A DNA stretch of 64,000 bases, from NCBI GenBank assembly GCA_002633005.1, contig NMRA01000042.1:704408-768407 (forward strand), given 5' to 3'. Below, piece by piece: positions 24,565 to 36,884 of this stretch (positions are counted from its first letter, which is position 1; each line of letters begins with the position of its first letter). The position numbers were made by a program, and so were the translations under genes. The notes below the pieces were generated by a model that was given only the letters and a program-made list of their open reading frames with translations, was not told the origin of the DNA and searched no databases. This DNA comes from Phoronis australis. Its lineage: Eukaryota > Animalia > Phoronida.

Positions 24565-24798
24565 CTTTAAGATGCCCAGTTGACGACCTGTTCATTCTCA
24601 AGTTTTTGCGTGCGCGGAAATTTGATTATGAGCGAGCCTTCCAGTTGATCTTGAACTACTTTCGAGTACGCAACAATAACGCTGACATATTTCACGATTT
24701 CCGACCGTCTCAAGTTGAGTTGGAGCTCAAGGCTGGAGTGACTTATGTCCTGCCATCCTGTGACTCGGATGGTAGAAAGATTTTGATTTTTCGTCCTG
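24565..24798 (+). CDS. TTPAL: TTPAL-like coding exon 2
   Basis: tttcag| ...DDLFILKFLRARKFDYERAFQLILNYF...DSDGRKILIFRP |gtaatc; CRAL-TRIO N-domain signature FLRARKF. Confidence 0.92.
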
Positions 24799-25787
24799 GT
24801 AATCAAACTTGTTTTAAAATATTTGAAAAATAAACTGACTCTGCTATAAAAAATGACAATTATAGGATTATGTTTATAGGATTATGTATTGAGCCAAACT
24901 GCTGAAATGTTGAACTATGTTCATAGTGAAGTAAGTATAAACTTAAGAAAAACTCTCAAATGTTTTTTGTCATTCATGAAATTTGAATCTGATACTGGAA
25001 ATAAAACTTACTAAAGTTAGCGACGTTGCGTTCGTCTCTCACAGACTTCAAAATCTCCATGCTTTTGTTTTTTGTCATCTCCCAATAAATAATGGGAGTT
25101 TCATCAATCTTTAACTACCTGAAAAGCAATACAAGAAGTGTTAACCTTCAGAATAGTTCCTTGACGTAAAGCTGCTTTGGACAGGCCTTTTGCCATCCAA
25201 GATACAACTTTTAATTTAAATCTGTCTCTTTCACCTTGAAATTAGTCTCAACTTGTTCCTTGCTGAGAGAACGAATGATTTCTGGTGTGAAGATGAACTG
25301 ACAGTCCAAGAATACTTAAGACCATGCTCAGTGTATAAAAGGACTCCCTGTGACGAGCCCACTTAGCAAGTTTGATCTCATTCAATAAGGGTCTCTCAGT
25401 TGTTAACAGAACCAGAAATCATATCCAATATAAGCAGGGAACAGGTTAAGAGTAGAGTTTTATCACCAAGTGGCCTCAATCAAACGTTAGTTTCTTGGTG
25501 GAATTTAAGTGTACAGTTCTCTTTGTTTTGACACTAGCAGTACAACACAATACAAAAGTTAAAAAAAAATTACTATTTCTTCCTCATCACAGCTAATTCT
25601 GTAAATGGTAGAAATGACTGGTAATAACTATAATTATGGCAGTAGAATTCTAATTAAAATGGCTCACTAAATTTTCTGTAAATTTCCTTCATTCTCAGCC
25701 ATGAAGGAAAAACACTGGTGATGAATTTGGTTTCCTCTCAGTCATCATGATAAGGAATTTCTGGTCATTTTGTTTGAACACTTGTTA

Positions 25788-25953
25788 TTATGTGCTGTAG
25801 TGGTGTGGGAGTGTAGCTGACTAATGTAACTAGTCGTTTGTAAGGCATAGAAAACACCAGTGAACTGATGTTATGTGCTGTAGTGGTGGGGGAGTGGAAT
25901 TGGCTAATGTAACTAGTCATGTTTAAGGCATAGAAAACACCAGTGAACTGATG
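25788..25953. repeat. Two-copy direct tandem duplication (about 83 bp)
   Basis: TTATGTGCTGTAGTGGTG...AAGGCATAGAAAACACCAGTGAACTGATG occurs twice in tandem with a few substitutions. Confidence 0.85.
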
Positions 25954-26052
25954 ATTTACTAGGGAGTGAATACATTACAACTAAAGTCCAGTATGCACTT
26001 ACGTGCCATGTCATCTTGTGTCTCTGATAGTTGATTGTTTCATTGTTTCTAG

Positions 26053-26129
26053 CATTATGGGATACAGCGGCCTACCCCTTGGTGGACATTTTCAAAGCTA
26101 ACCTGATGGCTGTCGAGTTGTTACTCGAT
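26053..26129 (+). CDS. TTPAL: TTPAL-like coding exon 3 (not in the ORF track)
   Basis: ttctag| (A)LWDTAAYPLVDIFKANLMAVELLLD |gtaagt; phases 1 and 0 fit the neighbouring exons. Confidence 0.88.
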
Positions 26130-26304
26130 GTAAGTGACAGTTTAGATGCAGTTAAGTTCACATATTTGTCTGAATCCAGCTTTTACACCACAGTTACTGA
26201 ATGATGGAAAGGATAACAACTCTACTTTCAATTGTAATAGCTTATTGCTGTTTTCAGTTCTGCAGTGATTGCACAGAAAATTGATGATTATTTTGAGTAG
26301 GTGA

Positions 26305-26548
26305 TTATCCAGTACCTTAATATTCTATTAACTGTTATATAACGTTATCCAGTACCTTAATATTCTATTAACTGTTATATAACGTTATCCAGTACCTTAA
26401 TATTCTATTAACTGTTATATAACGTTATCCAGTACCTTAATATTCTATTAACTGTTATATAACGTTATCCAGTACCTTAATATTCTATTAACTGTTATAT
26501 AACGTTATCCAGTACCTTAATATTCTATTAACTGTTATATAACGTTAT
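26305..26548. repeat. Minisatellite, 40-bp unit x 6, perfect copies
   Basis: Unit TTATCCAGTACCTTAATATTCTATTAACTGTTATATAACG. Confidence 0.95.
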
Positions 26549-26701
26549 GTATGCTCTGTGAATAGATTTCACTTGAACTAGTTATAAACCCACCATCTGT
26601 TGCAAAAACAATTTTTGATTTAGACCACTTATGGTTTTGAAATGACCTCAGAGTGCTCATTTGTCGAAACGGGTATGATATCTGGGCTTGGAAAGAACTG
26701 G

Positions 26702-27123
26702 CAGGTAGCATTGCTTGAGACCAGGCTCTGCAAGTTGGCTTCTCACAACGTGTCATCAGGTAGCATTGCTTGAGACCAAGCTCTGCAAGTTGGCTTGTCA
26801 TGACGTGTCATCAGGTAGCATTGTTTGAGACCAGGCTCTGCAAGTTGGCTTGTCATGACATGTCATCAGATAGCATTGCTTGAGACCAAGCTCTGCAAGT
26901 TGGCTTGTCACGACGTGTCATCAGGTAGCATTGCTTGAGACCAGGCTCTGCAAGTTGGCTTGTCAAGTCGTGTCATCAGGTAGCATTGCTTGAGACCAGG
27001 CTCTGCAAGTTGGCTTGTCAAGTCGTGTCATCAGGTAGCATTGCTTGAGACCAAGCTCTGCAAGTTGGCTTGTCATGACGTGTCATCAGGTTGCATTGCC
27101 TGAGACCAGGCTCTGCAAGTTGG
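26702..27123. repeat. Minisatellite, 55-bp unit x about 7.7
   Basis: Unit CAGGTAGCATTGCTTGAGACCARGCTCTGCAAGTTGGCTTGTCAYGACGTGTCAT with few substitutions. Confidence 0.95.
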
Positions 27124-27956
27124 TGACGTGTGATTTTGTTTACGAGGTGTGCTCTTGAGGATTAAAAAAACTGTTGGTTCTTTGCAAGACCAAAAATCAC
27201 TTCTCATTTGAGTAAGGAATAAGTCGAGACCCATTTGACAGTTAAGTGCTCTGAATCAAATTTTAGTTTCTTTGTTAGAACGCAGGTTCATTGTCACTTA
27301 AAGAGCACTACACTTTTTAAGTTGGTATAATAACTCATATATCTTATGTTTGGTCATGGTACACTTTCAAGAATACCTAAATCCACATATGCATTACTTC
27401 TGTTTATGAATGGTGCTCACTGGTTTTTCCATATTGCCTTGACTAACATCTGTTTAAATTGAATTTTGTATCAAGTTGACTTAGACAATTTACCCATGCT
27501 TACAGCTGCTAAACAAATTGATCAAAGCTGCATTTCTCTGTGTTGAGCGGGCTAAAAAACAAAAATCAAATGGGCCTTTTACTCTCATGAAATTAGTATC
27601 CTAATATTCTTTTCCATGATGGGATTCTATTTAAGTTACATACTCAATTCACAATCAATGTGTACATGCGCCATTTTCAAATTCGCAATTCTTAGGTTTG
27701 CCAACCCCAATAAACTCTGGAGACTTTTTTTAAGTTGTTGGTTTTGATGTTGTTGTTGGTAATTTTGTTGGTAAAACCTTATCACGATAAGGATGATGAT
27801 ACTGATTTAATGAGATTAAAAGGCATATCTTGGTGTTTTTTGGTCACCTAGATAGGTTGAAAAGCACTTTTAAGTGCAAATGATGTGATATGACTATTTT
27901 TGGGTAAGCATGTAAAAACAGTGCCAACCTGATAATAGTGTTATCTTTGTCTGTAG

Positions 27957-28073
27957 GATGAAGCTGTACAAGTCAGTGGGGTGATTATTGTCTGTGATTT
28001 CACTGGCTTCCCTGTTCTCGAGGCCAGGCACCTGAATCCTTTCATTTGTAAAAAATTCTTTACAATTTTGCAG
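27957..28073 (+). CDS. TTPAL: TTPAL-like coding exon 4 (not in the ORF track)
   Basis: ctgtag| DEAVQVSGVIIVCDFTGFPVLEARHLNPFICKKFFTILQ |gtgagt; QxxGxxxxxDxxG CRAL-TRIO motif. Confidence 0.92.
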
Positions 28074-28433
28074 GTGAGTTTTCATGTTTGTCTGAAAGTG
28101 TATATTTCATGTGTGTACACATTCAAATTTTATGTTCACAGAGTACTTTCATTCAACTAACGCATACCTTTGAACTAGGTGCTCAAATGGTTCATTTATT
28201 CTCAATTAGACCTAAATAAAGTATCTAAAATCAATGTTTTTGTTCACATTGACTTTGACAAACTGGTTTGGGTCTTTTAGTGTTGTCATTTTGATTATTG
28301 TTAGCAACCTCTGAATTAACTTCACTGACAGAACGTCTTCACATGCGCATTAATATTGAACTGATAGCTTATTAATGCTGTTTCATTGGACTATTAAAGG
28401 ATTCAATTGAAATCCTTGTCAATCTCTGTGCAG

Positions 28434-28544
28434 GATGCCTATCCATGCCGCATTAAGGGCATTCACTTCATCAACGAACCTGTTGCGGTGGGTGTGATTT
28501 ACGCCATGCTAAGGCCATTTCTGAAAGAGAAGACTGCAAGCAGG
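28434..28544 (+). CDS. TTPAL: TTPAL-like coding exon 5 (not in the ORF track)
   Basis: gtgcag| DAYPCRIKGIHFINEPVAVGVIYAMLRPFLKEKTASR |gtatgg; PxRIKGIHxxNxP motif. Confidence 0.92.
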
Positions 28545-29030
28545 GTATGGCTATGTTTGAGATAAACAATACCAGCTGTAATATTCTACAAAATAGTGTT
28601 TGTATAAAGTTGAACTTAAATATTTTTGTTTCTAAATTGGAATCAGTGGAGTATCTGATAAATAATTGTATCAATAAGAAGGTTCTTGTTGAAGAAAGTT
28701 ACCCCTGGTTCTATTTACTGCTTTTGGTCTTAATATTTAAATAGTCATTTTCTGATATTACGGTGACTTACTGAACAAAAGCATAGCATTGGAACATTTG
28801 GTGGACAACTTGTAGCACCCTGTGATGTTCACCTATGACTTGGGTGCAGATTTTGGCAATTGAGTTTCATGTTTTTATAAATTCTTTGCAATCAGCCTGC
28901 CAACAGATTACCACTATGTGCACTGGAATATTCCAAAGAGTTTAATATTGCAAAATGACCATGGATAAAAGAAACTGTGTTCCGTCTCTTGTCTTTCCGA
29001 TTATTGTATGTTGGATGTTTGCTATTTCAG

Positions 29031-29132
29031 TTACATTTTCATGGTTCACACTTTGAGGAGTTACACAACTACGTGAACCAAGAAGTTTTGCCAGACTATT
29101 TGGGTGGGAAACTGGTGCAATATTCTCAAGAG
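29031..29132 (+). CDS. TTPAL: TTPAL-like coding exon 6
   Basis: tttcag| LHFHGSHFEELHNYVNQEVLPDYLGGKLVQYSQE |gtaaat; LPxxxGG motif. Confidence 0.92.
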
Positions 29133-29851
29133 GTAAATGTTAGGTCTGTTAGAGAAAATGCTTGCACTGAATGTTATCCTGTCCCTCTTTTGTCGATCTT
29201 TAGTTGAAGCCATGAGCATTGTGCTATTATTTGGTGTCACATTTATAATATCTTTGTCGCAAAGTTGTCATCCAGTTACCTTAGGCACTAGAAGATGAAT
29301 CAGTTGGACCATTGGACAGTTGATCCGATCCTACATATGACCATTCTCAGTATCTTATTAAGATAACATGGCTTATAATCTAAAGATTATGAATTGGATT
29401 TTACTAGTTTTCAATGATTTTTTAACACTTTCCATAGCCCACTGGTTTTGAAACTCTTTTTCTATGTATCTGTTGCTGTTGCGATGCCAAAACAAACACG
29501 AAATGAAGTTTTAACTTGATATTCCACTATGGTTCTCTGCAGGAACTATAGCTCGTGACGATGGGGAGGGTAATAGTGTGATATTATGTGCCGAATTTTG
29601 AGAACCAATGTTCTCCACTGACGGAAAAATGGCCATCAAACTGGTTCTCAAATCCAGGCATGCTATGTCACCTTATTGCCTACAGGGAGTTGTAGTCTTG
29701 ATGTCACAGTTGTGTACCAAGCGCTACTAAATAATAGTGTTACAAGCTTTTTACTGTGTATTGAATGTTGTGACTGTTGACTACTGCTTTGTCCTGACAT
29801 TCACTACCCAAGTTGAATGAAGAAACGTATCACAGTACACTGTTTTTCCAG

Positions 29852-30001
29852 GACTGGACAAATGTGCTATTAGGTGAAGAAGAAAGATTTGTGAACATGA
29901 TGTCATATGGTCTTGATACCAATGAACCATGTGAGTCAGAGACAGATACTAGCGACACCTTTGATTGTGTTGTGACTCCATACAGGAAGTTGAGGTCATG
30001 A
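29852..30001 (+). CDS. TTPAL: TTPAL-like terminal coding exon 7
   Basis: ttccag| DWTNVLLGEEERFVNMMSYGLD...YRKLRS TGA; AATAAA candidates at 30961 and further downstream. Confidence 0.85.
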   Translation, partial: DWTNVLLGEEERFVNMMSYGLDTNEPCESETDTSDTFDCVVTPYRKLRS

Positions 30002-31239
30002 TTTGTCATAGCGTTGCTCCTAGACATTTGGATAATGCAGAACAGTGGCTGATGTATTCAAAACTCATGTTTAAGAAAGCTAACACATTTTTGCCTATGG
30101 CAAATGAAAAATTTGGTATCGAAAGATGTCTTGGTAATTGCAAAATATTGATTCAAAGAATTTGCAAACCATTCTTCTTGTCACTTAATTTTCTGGTCTT
30201 CAGTCACTTGTCTATAAAACTTGGAACATGTTTCCAGGTCATTTTGCCCATCCATAATATTTTGACCTCAGTATGGAAATGCGGGCCCAACCACTGAGCC
30301 GTGGAAGGCTTCATGCTTCGGGTCTTAGAAGCAAAAACTGTGGTCTGATATTTTATTTGTGTGAGACACTTTTGATATTCTGTGGTTGTAACTAGTGTTC
30401 ACAGGTATTTTCTTTGAACTTACTGGATTTTGCCTAGTTTTTTGTTGATAGAGATATTAACACAGTTCTTTGTTACTTCTCGGTCTTGTTGGCTTCATTT
30501 CATGTTTAAATGTGTAAACATTTTTATAAAAGCGATAAGGAGAAGGCTTTTAAAGTGGCTATAAATATAGCTTTCATCAAATAGTCTACAGAAAGAATTC
30601 TCCAGGTTGAGACTGTCTCTAAAATTTGGGACCAAGAAATTGAAGTAGAAATTAAATTTTCCTGATTCTGAAGATTTGGACACATTTGATTTTGGCATTC
30701 ATTGTATTTCTCAAATTTTAGACTGCATTTTTGTATCAACAGTGTCTGAAACATAGACTATGCAGTTTATAATATCGTCAAAAATATCTGCCAGCGCAAT
30801 CTTTTCATGTGTTCTCATGGTGTGTAATATCAAGATGAGTGTTTGTCACTTCGTGGGACAGCAAATATTTCCTGTTTCTAAAATTTGGTTCAAGTTCTGA
30901 CTTTGAGCAAAATAATTAAATTTGACTGTCCCAAACTGCAGAATTTTTACCCTACTTGTCAATAAAAATGAATCTCAACTTGTTCTTAAATCTGGTAAGA
31001 ATTGGTGCTCCTCTATTGTCTGAGATGAGCTTTAGTTAGTTGAGTTGTCACGGATGGTTAATTTATACACTAAGCATGCCCTCTATCAAATCTTCTGTAA
31101 TCCGAGTAATAAACATCAAGACCAGCTTTATAGCAGCAAGTGGTTGAAATTAAAAGTTAAATAGTTGGACAGAAGTCAATGGTTTATAACAGCTTAAAGT
31201 TTTTTGATACAATTGTTATCCTTACATACCATTCAGTTT

Positions 31240-31481
31240 TGAGAGGAGGCAGTGTTGCCTGGTGATAGGTGCCCGCTTTCTTTTCTCGAGGTTGTGGGTT
31301 CAAGTCCCACCGGGTCACACTGCTAAACCCTTGAGCCAGGTTTCTAGCTCCTCAGCTCGGTTTTAACCATATATCAATAAAGCATAAAAATATTTCCAGG
31401 TGATCAGTGCAATGGGCCCACATGCGAGGCCTGCGCATGTCTGATACAACGTGTATCAGACCGCCTGCAATTTTTTTTTTT
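31240..31481 (+). mobile_element. Intact tRNA-derived SINE with poly(T) tail and 13-bp TSD
   Basis: A/B boxes (GGTTCAAGTCC), 3' hairpin CTGATACAACGTGTATCAG, T-run, TSD TACCATTCAGTTT at 31227-31239 and 31482-31494. Confidence 0.85.
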
Positions 31482-34400
31482 TACCATTCAGTTTATTCCA
31501 TTGCAAGGGTTTTTGGCTGCAGTATGTTGGTGTTGAGTGGAATAAAATCTAGACTAACTGAGTCATCATAAGTGATAAAACACTTTACTAAAGGACCAAC
31601 AAGTATATCTGGTGCTCACTGCTGTGTTATTGTTACTGTTTGAAATTGTTGTAAAGTTCAGTTGTTGAGGTTGTTATTATAACTGTTTGCTAAATAACAC
31701 AACCTAAGTTGTTTAACAAGTTGTGAAACAGTGAGGTGAGATCTAACTGGACCCATAGATTTCATTCGAGGAAGGCAAAATGGACTTATTTAGTGTACAC
31801 GCAAGAACAACTGTGCAGCAGTTTGTGTACGTCAACTCGTGCAAGTTTTACTGTAATGGATGAAAAATATGGTTACTACAAAATATAAATTTTAGCTTAA
31901 CTGTTAGGTACTTAAGCTTCAGTAGCTGGACCTTTCTGAATGCACACATCACCTCTTTGACATGGAACATAAGACAAAGATGAATTCATTTAGATCTTGG
32001 ATGTTGGTGGCTACATAAAAGTGGCTATACACGTGCATCTCGTCAAAGGAACTAACATTTGATTCAGGTCACTTACCAATGCGAAATTGATCTCAACTTG
32101 GCACTTCAAAATAATTGGTCAAGACCATACATGTCACATAATGACAAGCCAGCTTGTAGAGCCTGGTGTCAAGCAATCTACCAAACTGTCAGTTCTTTCC
32201 AAACCTTATAATTGCATCTTATTTGACTAAAGAAAAATTTGATGCCAACGTCAACAGTAAGTGGTTTCAATCAAAGGTTAAATTTTCTGACTGACAATGA
32301 GTTTATAGCCGTTAGACCATTGCAAAAAAATTGAAGTATATGCAATGAAGTCCTCAATTTTACCTCAGGTTTCTTGTTTGTATTTATGTGTTTGTTTATA
32401 TCTTTAAGGACAACTAAGCTTTGCTTTACTTGCAAGTATTGCACATAACACCAAAGATCTCTTTGGCAAAATGAAAATACACCAATAGGCCTTTGTCAAG
32501 AAACTCCTGACAAGCTCAGTCCTCCCAGTGAGCTAAGTGGATCTGTGTAACTCATTGGTCTTAATTCCCATAAAACTAGAGCGACCTGCAAGCAAACTTA
32601 GTCCACAACTGTTGTAGATGATTCAAATGTTCCAAAGTGAAAGTGGCCTGTTAGCTTTAATTTCCGTATGCCAGAACAATCTCTGTTGCTATTGTCTAGA
32701 AGCAATACAAGGTGTTCAAAAGGCTGTGGGTCATAACATCACTTTGTGGCAAGTTTACTGAGACACACATTTGATGTAGTAAAACAATCTCACTGTTAAA
32801 TAAATAAATTATTTTTTGCTGACTCATGTCTTATTATTGAAACGATCCCCTTTCAAAGGCATTGGGGTCGGTGCAGACAAACGCTAAATGACTTTATGAA
32901 ATTTTATTGGATGTAAATATAAATTAACTATTGTTCTTCAGTATCAAGTAACAAATATTGGTTACTGCAACATTTCACGACCGCGCGCGGAGACTGACTA
33001 GTCATTGAGCCGGCTGGTCGCGAATTGTTCTTCACTACTGGATGGTCAGCAATTGGGTTCTACCGTCCAAAGAAAATGTCAGAAATGACACTCTGGCGAT
33101 TGATGTTACTGATTTGAAGATACCAAGTAAGGGTTGAACAACAGACTGTCAAATTTCAAGATGACTTTCTTATTCATTTGCGTCATTACTGGTGCCCTGA
33201 GTGATCCGCTTCATTTTAAATTGTTAGTTTTTTCACTTTCATGACATGGAAAGATTTAAGTGACATATTCTGCGGTCTTCGGTGAGCTTCATTATAACTA
33301 GCGTGTTACGTTGCTTAATTAGAAGTGCTCCCGCTTTGGCCGTTTTACTCTGACTGTCGTCATCGGCCTCACCTGAGTTCTGGCTAAATTCGTAAAGGCG
33401 AACGGTGGGCGTGCAAGAGACTGTGCATGATACACCACATTCAAGTCACCGGGAACTGACTTCTGAAAACAGATCCTCCCATATAAAGACCATTAGGCCG
33501 ACTGCACTGGTATGAATGCACCGCAGCTATCTGTATTTGCCAGTGTGTCCATTTTCAGGCCCGTAGAAAAGCAACTGAAAAATTATTGGGGGGCACAAAC
33601 CACACAAGTCGACTTCGCCAAACTACCACCCCCCCCCCCCCCCCNCCCCCGGCTCCCGATCGGTTGCCATATTTGTACCGAATCTCCCACGTCCGCCTTA
33701 TAGGTGGGCCCGTCGGGGCAATCCTGGAAGTTGAGTAGGCCTAATCGTGAACCACGGAGAGTAAGAATGGGCCAGGGCCAGCGCACTGGTGGGTAGCTGG
33801 GAGCTGCCGTAAGTAACTGTAGCTGAGATCTAACACTGAAAATACGAAATTATGAGCTAAAGCTAGTCATGCGCTGGGGTCGGTCCCAGCTCAGTATGAT
33901 TCACACTGGTTCCTAGCTTGAAACAAGCAGCCGTAGTTCGTACCTATCCATCTGTGCTGGCTCTAATTAAGGTCAAGATTCGTTTCATTGTGATCCTTCG
34001 GGAAAAATTCAGTTGTTATGGTCATTCTGTGAAGGGATTTTTTTACCCGAGGTCCCTGGTATCAGTGCCTTTGGGGCTCAGTGTTTTAAGTTTTTCTGGT
34101 GGCTGAGGAAAATGATACAGAGTCCCAAAAACTTGTGCACACCTCAACGCCTGGAGTTCAAATTCAGCTCCCGTGGATCATTGACTTTTCTGCGTGGGCC
34201 TACTTCATGATTACACCTTATTTTTAACGTAGATGCGTCTGTCAACGCCGTGCTTCATCTTCAGTCTATCACAGTGCAGTATAGGTGGCGCTGTGTCAGA
34301 GGGTAGCTTCATCTGTGCAGTATGCACGGGAATGGCAAGCAAACTATTCAGTTTGAAGAACAAAAATACATCGTGCAAACAAGTTAATGGGCAATGAGTT

Positions 34401-36259
34401 TAATTTTATTTATTTAAAGACTTAAGCCTCTTTTTTGACCTACGGTTTGTGAATTTAAACCACTAGTCTGGTTCCTAAGTCAATAAACAACTTATTGTCA
34501 TTTGAATTGTGAGAACATTTTGGGACACTTTGTGGAGCTGTCCCGGCGACATTCATCAATATTCTTGAAAATTATTTCAGGTAGACAAAAATAGTTCAGT
34601 GTACTTTGCTATTTGGGGATGTGATGATCGGATAGATCGAACTTCCAAATGTCAGCCTGCAACTATAAGTTCACTGAAGAATCGTCATTTCTTATAAGAT
34701 TCAGCTCAGTCCTAGTTGTCAAGGTTTATCAATCAGTCGATTTTCATAGATGCATTAACATAAATCAGAAACCAACAATAGATTCCATGAGCAAACCGTT
34801 TAATTACCTTGATTCCTTTTTGATTTCCTGTTAATTGTGAGTTTAAACGACAAATCCTTTTGTACCAAAAAAGAATGCAGGTGGCCTGATGCCTTTTGCG
34901 GTACACTCAGGCTTGTTTAGGCCACAAGGCTGGCCCATTACACTAATCTTGTACCCGGCCTAAGTTAAACAGCAGTGGCATTTATTGCCATTTGAGGAGC
35001 AGTGATGTATCATGATTTTGTGAACTGTCCGAATTTCATCATTGTCTTTGAGAGAGTTATTTCAGATAAGCAAATATCGTGAAGTGTACTTTACTGACAA
35101 TTTGGGGATCCTGAAATAGCTGCACTGAGTGTTGGGGCGCGCCTCGGGTGTTTTTCACTCAGATTAATGTAGCCCATGAGACGTGGTGAAAACAAATCCC
35201 AATGACTGCACCAAAATCAAGAATGTTTCTCTACATAAATACATAAATACCATTTTATGATATACATTCGAGGATGCGCGACACTCCCTAGTAGCGGTAA
35301 TACAAGGTTTGTGCCGTGCCACTGACTTCTCGCCAGTCGCGGCATGTCAAATGGAATACCCGGCGAGGTAGTATACTTGAATAGCTGTCTCCGTCGCGGA
35401 CATAAAATCTAGCCAAAATCATGTGCTCTCATTGAAAATTCACTGCAATACCTCACAGAATCTCACGAGATCTTGATTTGCTAAACAGATACTAGCGTAA
35501 TGACTACTACCGTGTCCCGGTATTGTGAAATCTAAGTCACATGGCTTACCATGTGACTCAAGTCATTCAGGAAGTTCATCATAAACAACAGCAGCTGTGT
35601 TGAGCCTTAACGGTAAGGGTTTGTGTTTTCCTTGAATCGTCCATTTTAGCTCGCGGTCTGGAATTCGTTTTTGAGTTAGAAAGAAACAAAAACAAAGGTA
35701 TTAAGTTCTTTGACACATGTGCGGTGTTACAATCACGCGAAACCAGCGCTACCACCGCATACCGTGGGTTTCGTGGTTTTGCTTCTGCCTCAGCGCCGTA
35801 TCGCTCGGTCAAATTGAACTAACAAAGCAAAAACCGATGGATTATAACCCAGATGGTTTCTTATATTCTTAAAGTTTTGTTTAAGCTCAAGCTATGTTGC
35901 ATGTATATGTATTTACCATTCAAGTATCGCCGAAATCCCACTGAAAGTGTTGGGTATTGTGCTGTATACTTGGTCACGCGCCATGATGACATCATGATGG
36001 ATTGTCTAACGTTCCTTGTTTTGCAGGCCGATTGTTAGCTACTTGCGCTGGCCAGTTCAGACGGTAGTGCTATATATTTACCTTTTTTGGTGTTCATTAA
36101 CATGGATTTAGTTGTTGAGGGCTACAGTGACTTGACGCTGTAAATGCCGTCGTGTTCACTTACTCGGTAACAGAGTCATTCACATGACTTCTGTGCAAGT
36201 CCGCACTTTCAATACCACTGGCGCTGCCAGGTGACGCTTTCAGTTTCAGTTTAGGTTAA

Positions 36260-36884
36260 AGGAAGTTTATCAGCAAGTTTGTGTGTTTAGCCAAATGTCT
36301 ACAAAAAATTGATTTTTAACTCAGTAAAAGTATATATTTTCTGAAAATAACAAACCTTAAAACTTTTACTTTATACCAAATCTGTCATTATTATCATTGT
36401 GACTGTGTGTTTTTGGTAAAGTTTAAGCAAAAAGGAACATTCATAGCAAGTCAAATGAAAGGCATTAATTACATGACCAAAGTTTGTTTTATATAATTGT
36501 TCAAGATGAAGTCTCCAGTTAAAAACGCTATCACAGTTTCTGAATTATCATTCCGTTTTCATTTTCTACAAATTTTTAGTTACAACTTAAAATGATAGAA
36601 ATGCTAAATTTTTTAAGTGCCTAATTGTGCAAAAGTGGAACATCTTAAAACAATTACTGACAGCGTTTCAAAGAACATTACATAAGGCATGACATCTAAA
36701 AGTTTCACGTGAATTTGACCTGATCATCTCTGACACTAAATAGATGTTATGGATAGCTAAATTTTGTTACATTTCTCGGGTCTTACATAACCTTAAAAGA
36801 GTGTAGAAAATGTGCAAATTTGGCTATGTAACTTCTAAACATCATTTCTAGGGTCATTCTATATGAAGCAGAGCAATTACCCCT
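36260..36884. mobile_element. Old TTAA-flanked (Kolobok-like) dispersed repeat; related copy at about 47859-48350
   Basis: TTAA-AGG...CCT-TTAA ends; colinear similarity with 47859-48350 (AGTAAAAGTA.ATATTTTCTGAAA, ATCTGTCATTA, GCAAAAGTGGAACAT). Confidence 0.5.

Noticed and set aside
26305-27123. Regular repeat arrays (also 47336-47877) as CRISPR
   Set aside because: The units are contiguous with no unique spacers, there are no cas genes, and the context is eukaryotic introns.
29999-30300. Selenocysteine or readthrough at the TTPAL-like TGA
   Set aside because: The protein is complete at normal length, and I saw no SECIS or typical readthrough context.
33680-33920. GC-rich segment as SRP, 5S or snRNA gene
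   Set aside because: No match to the conserved motifs of these RNAs that I could recognise.
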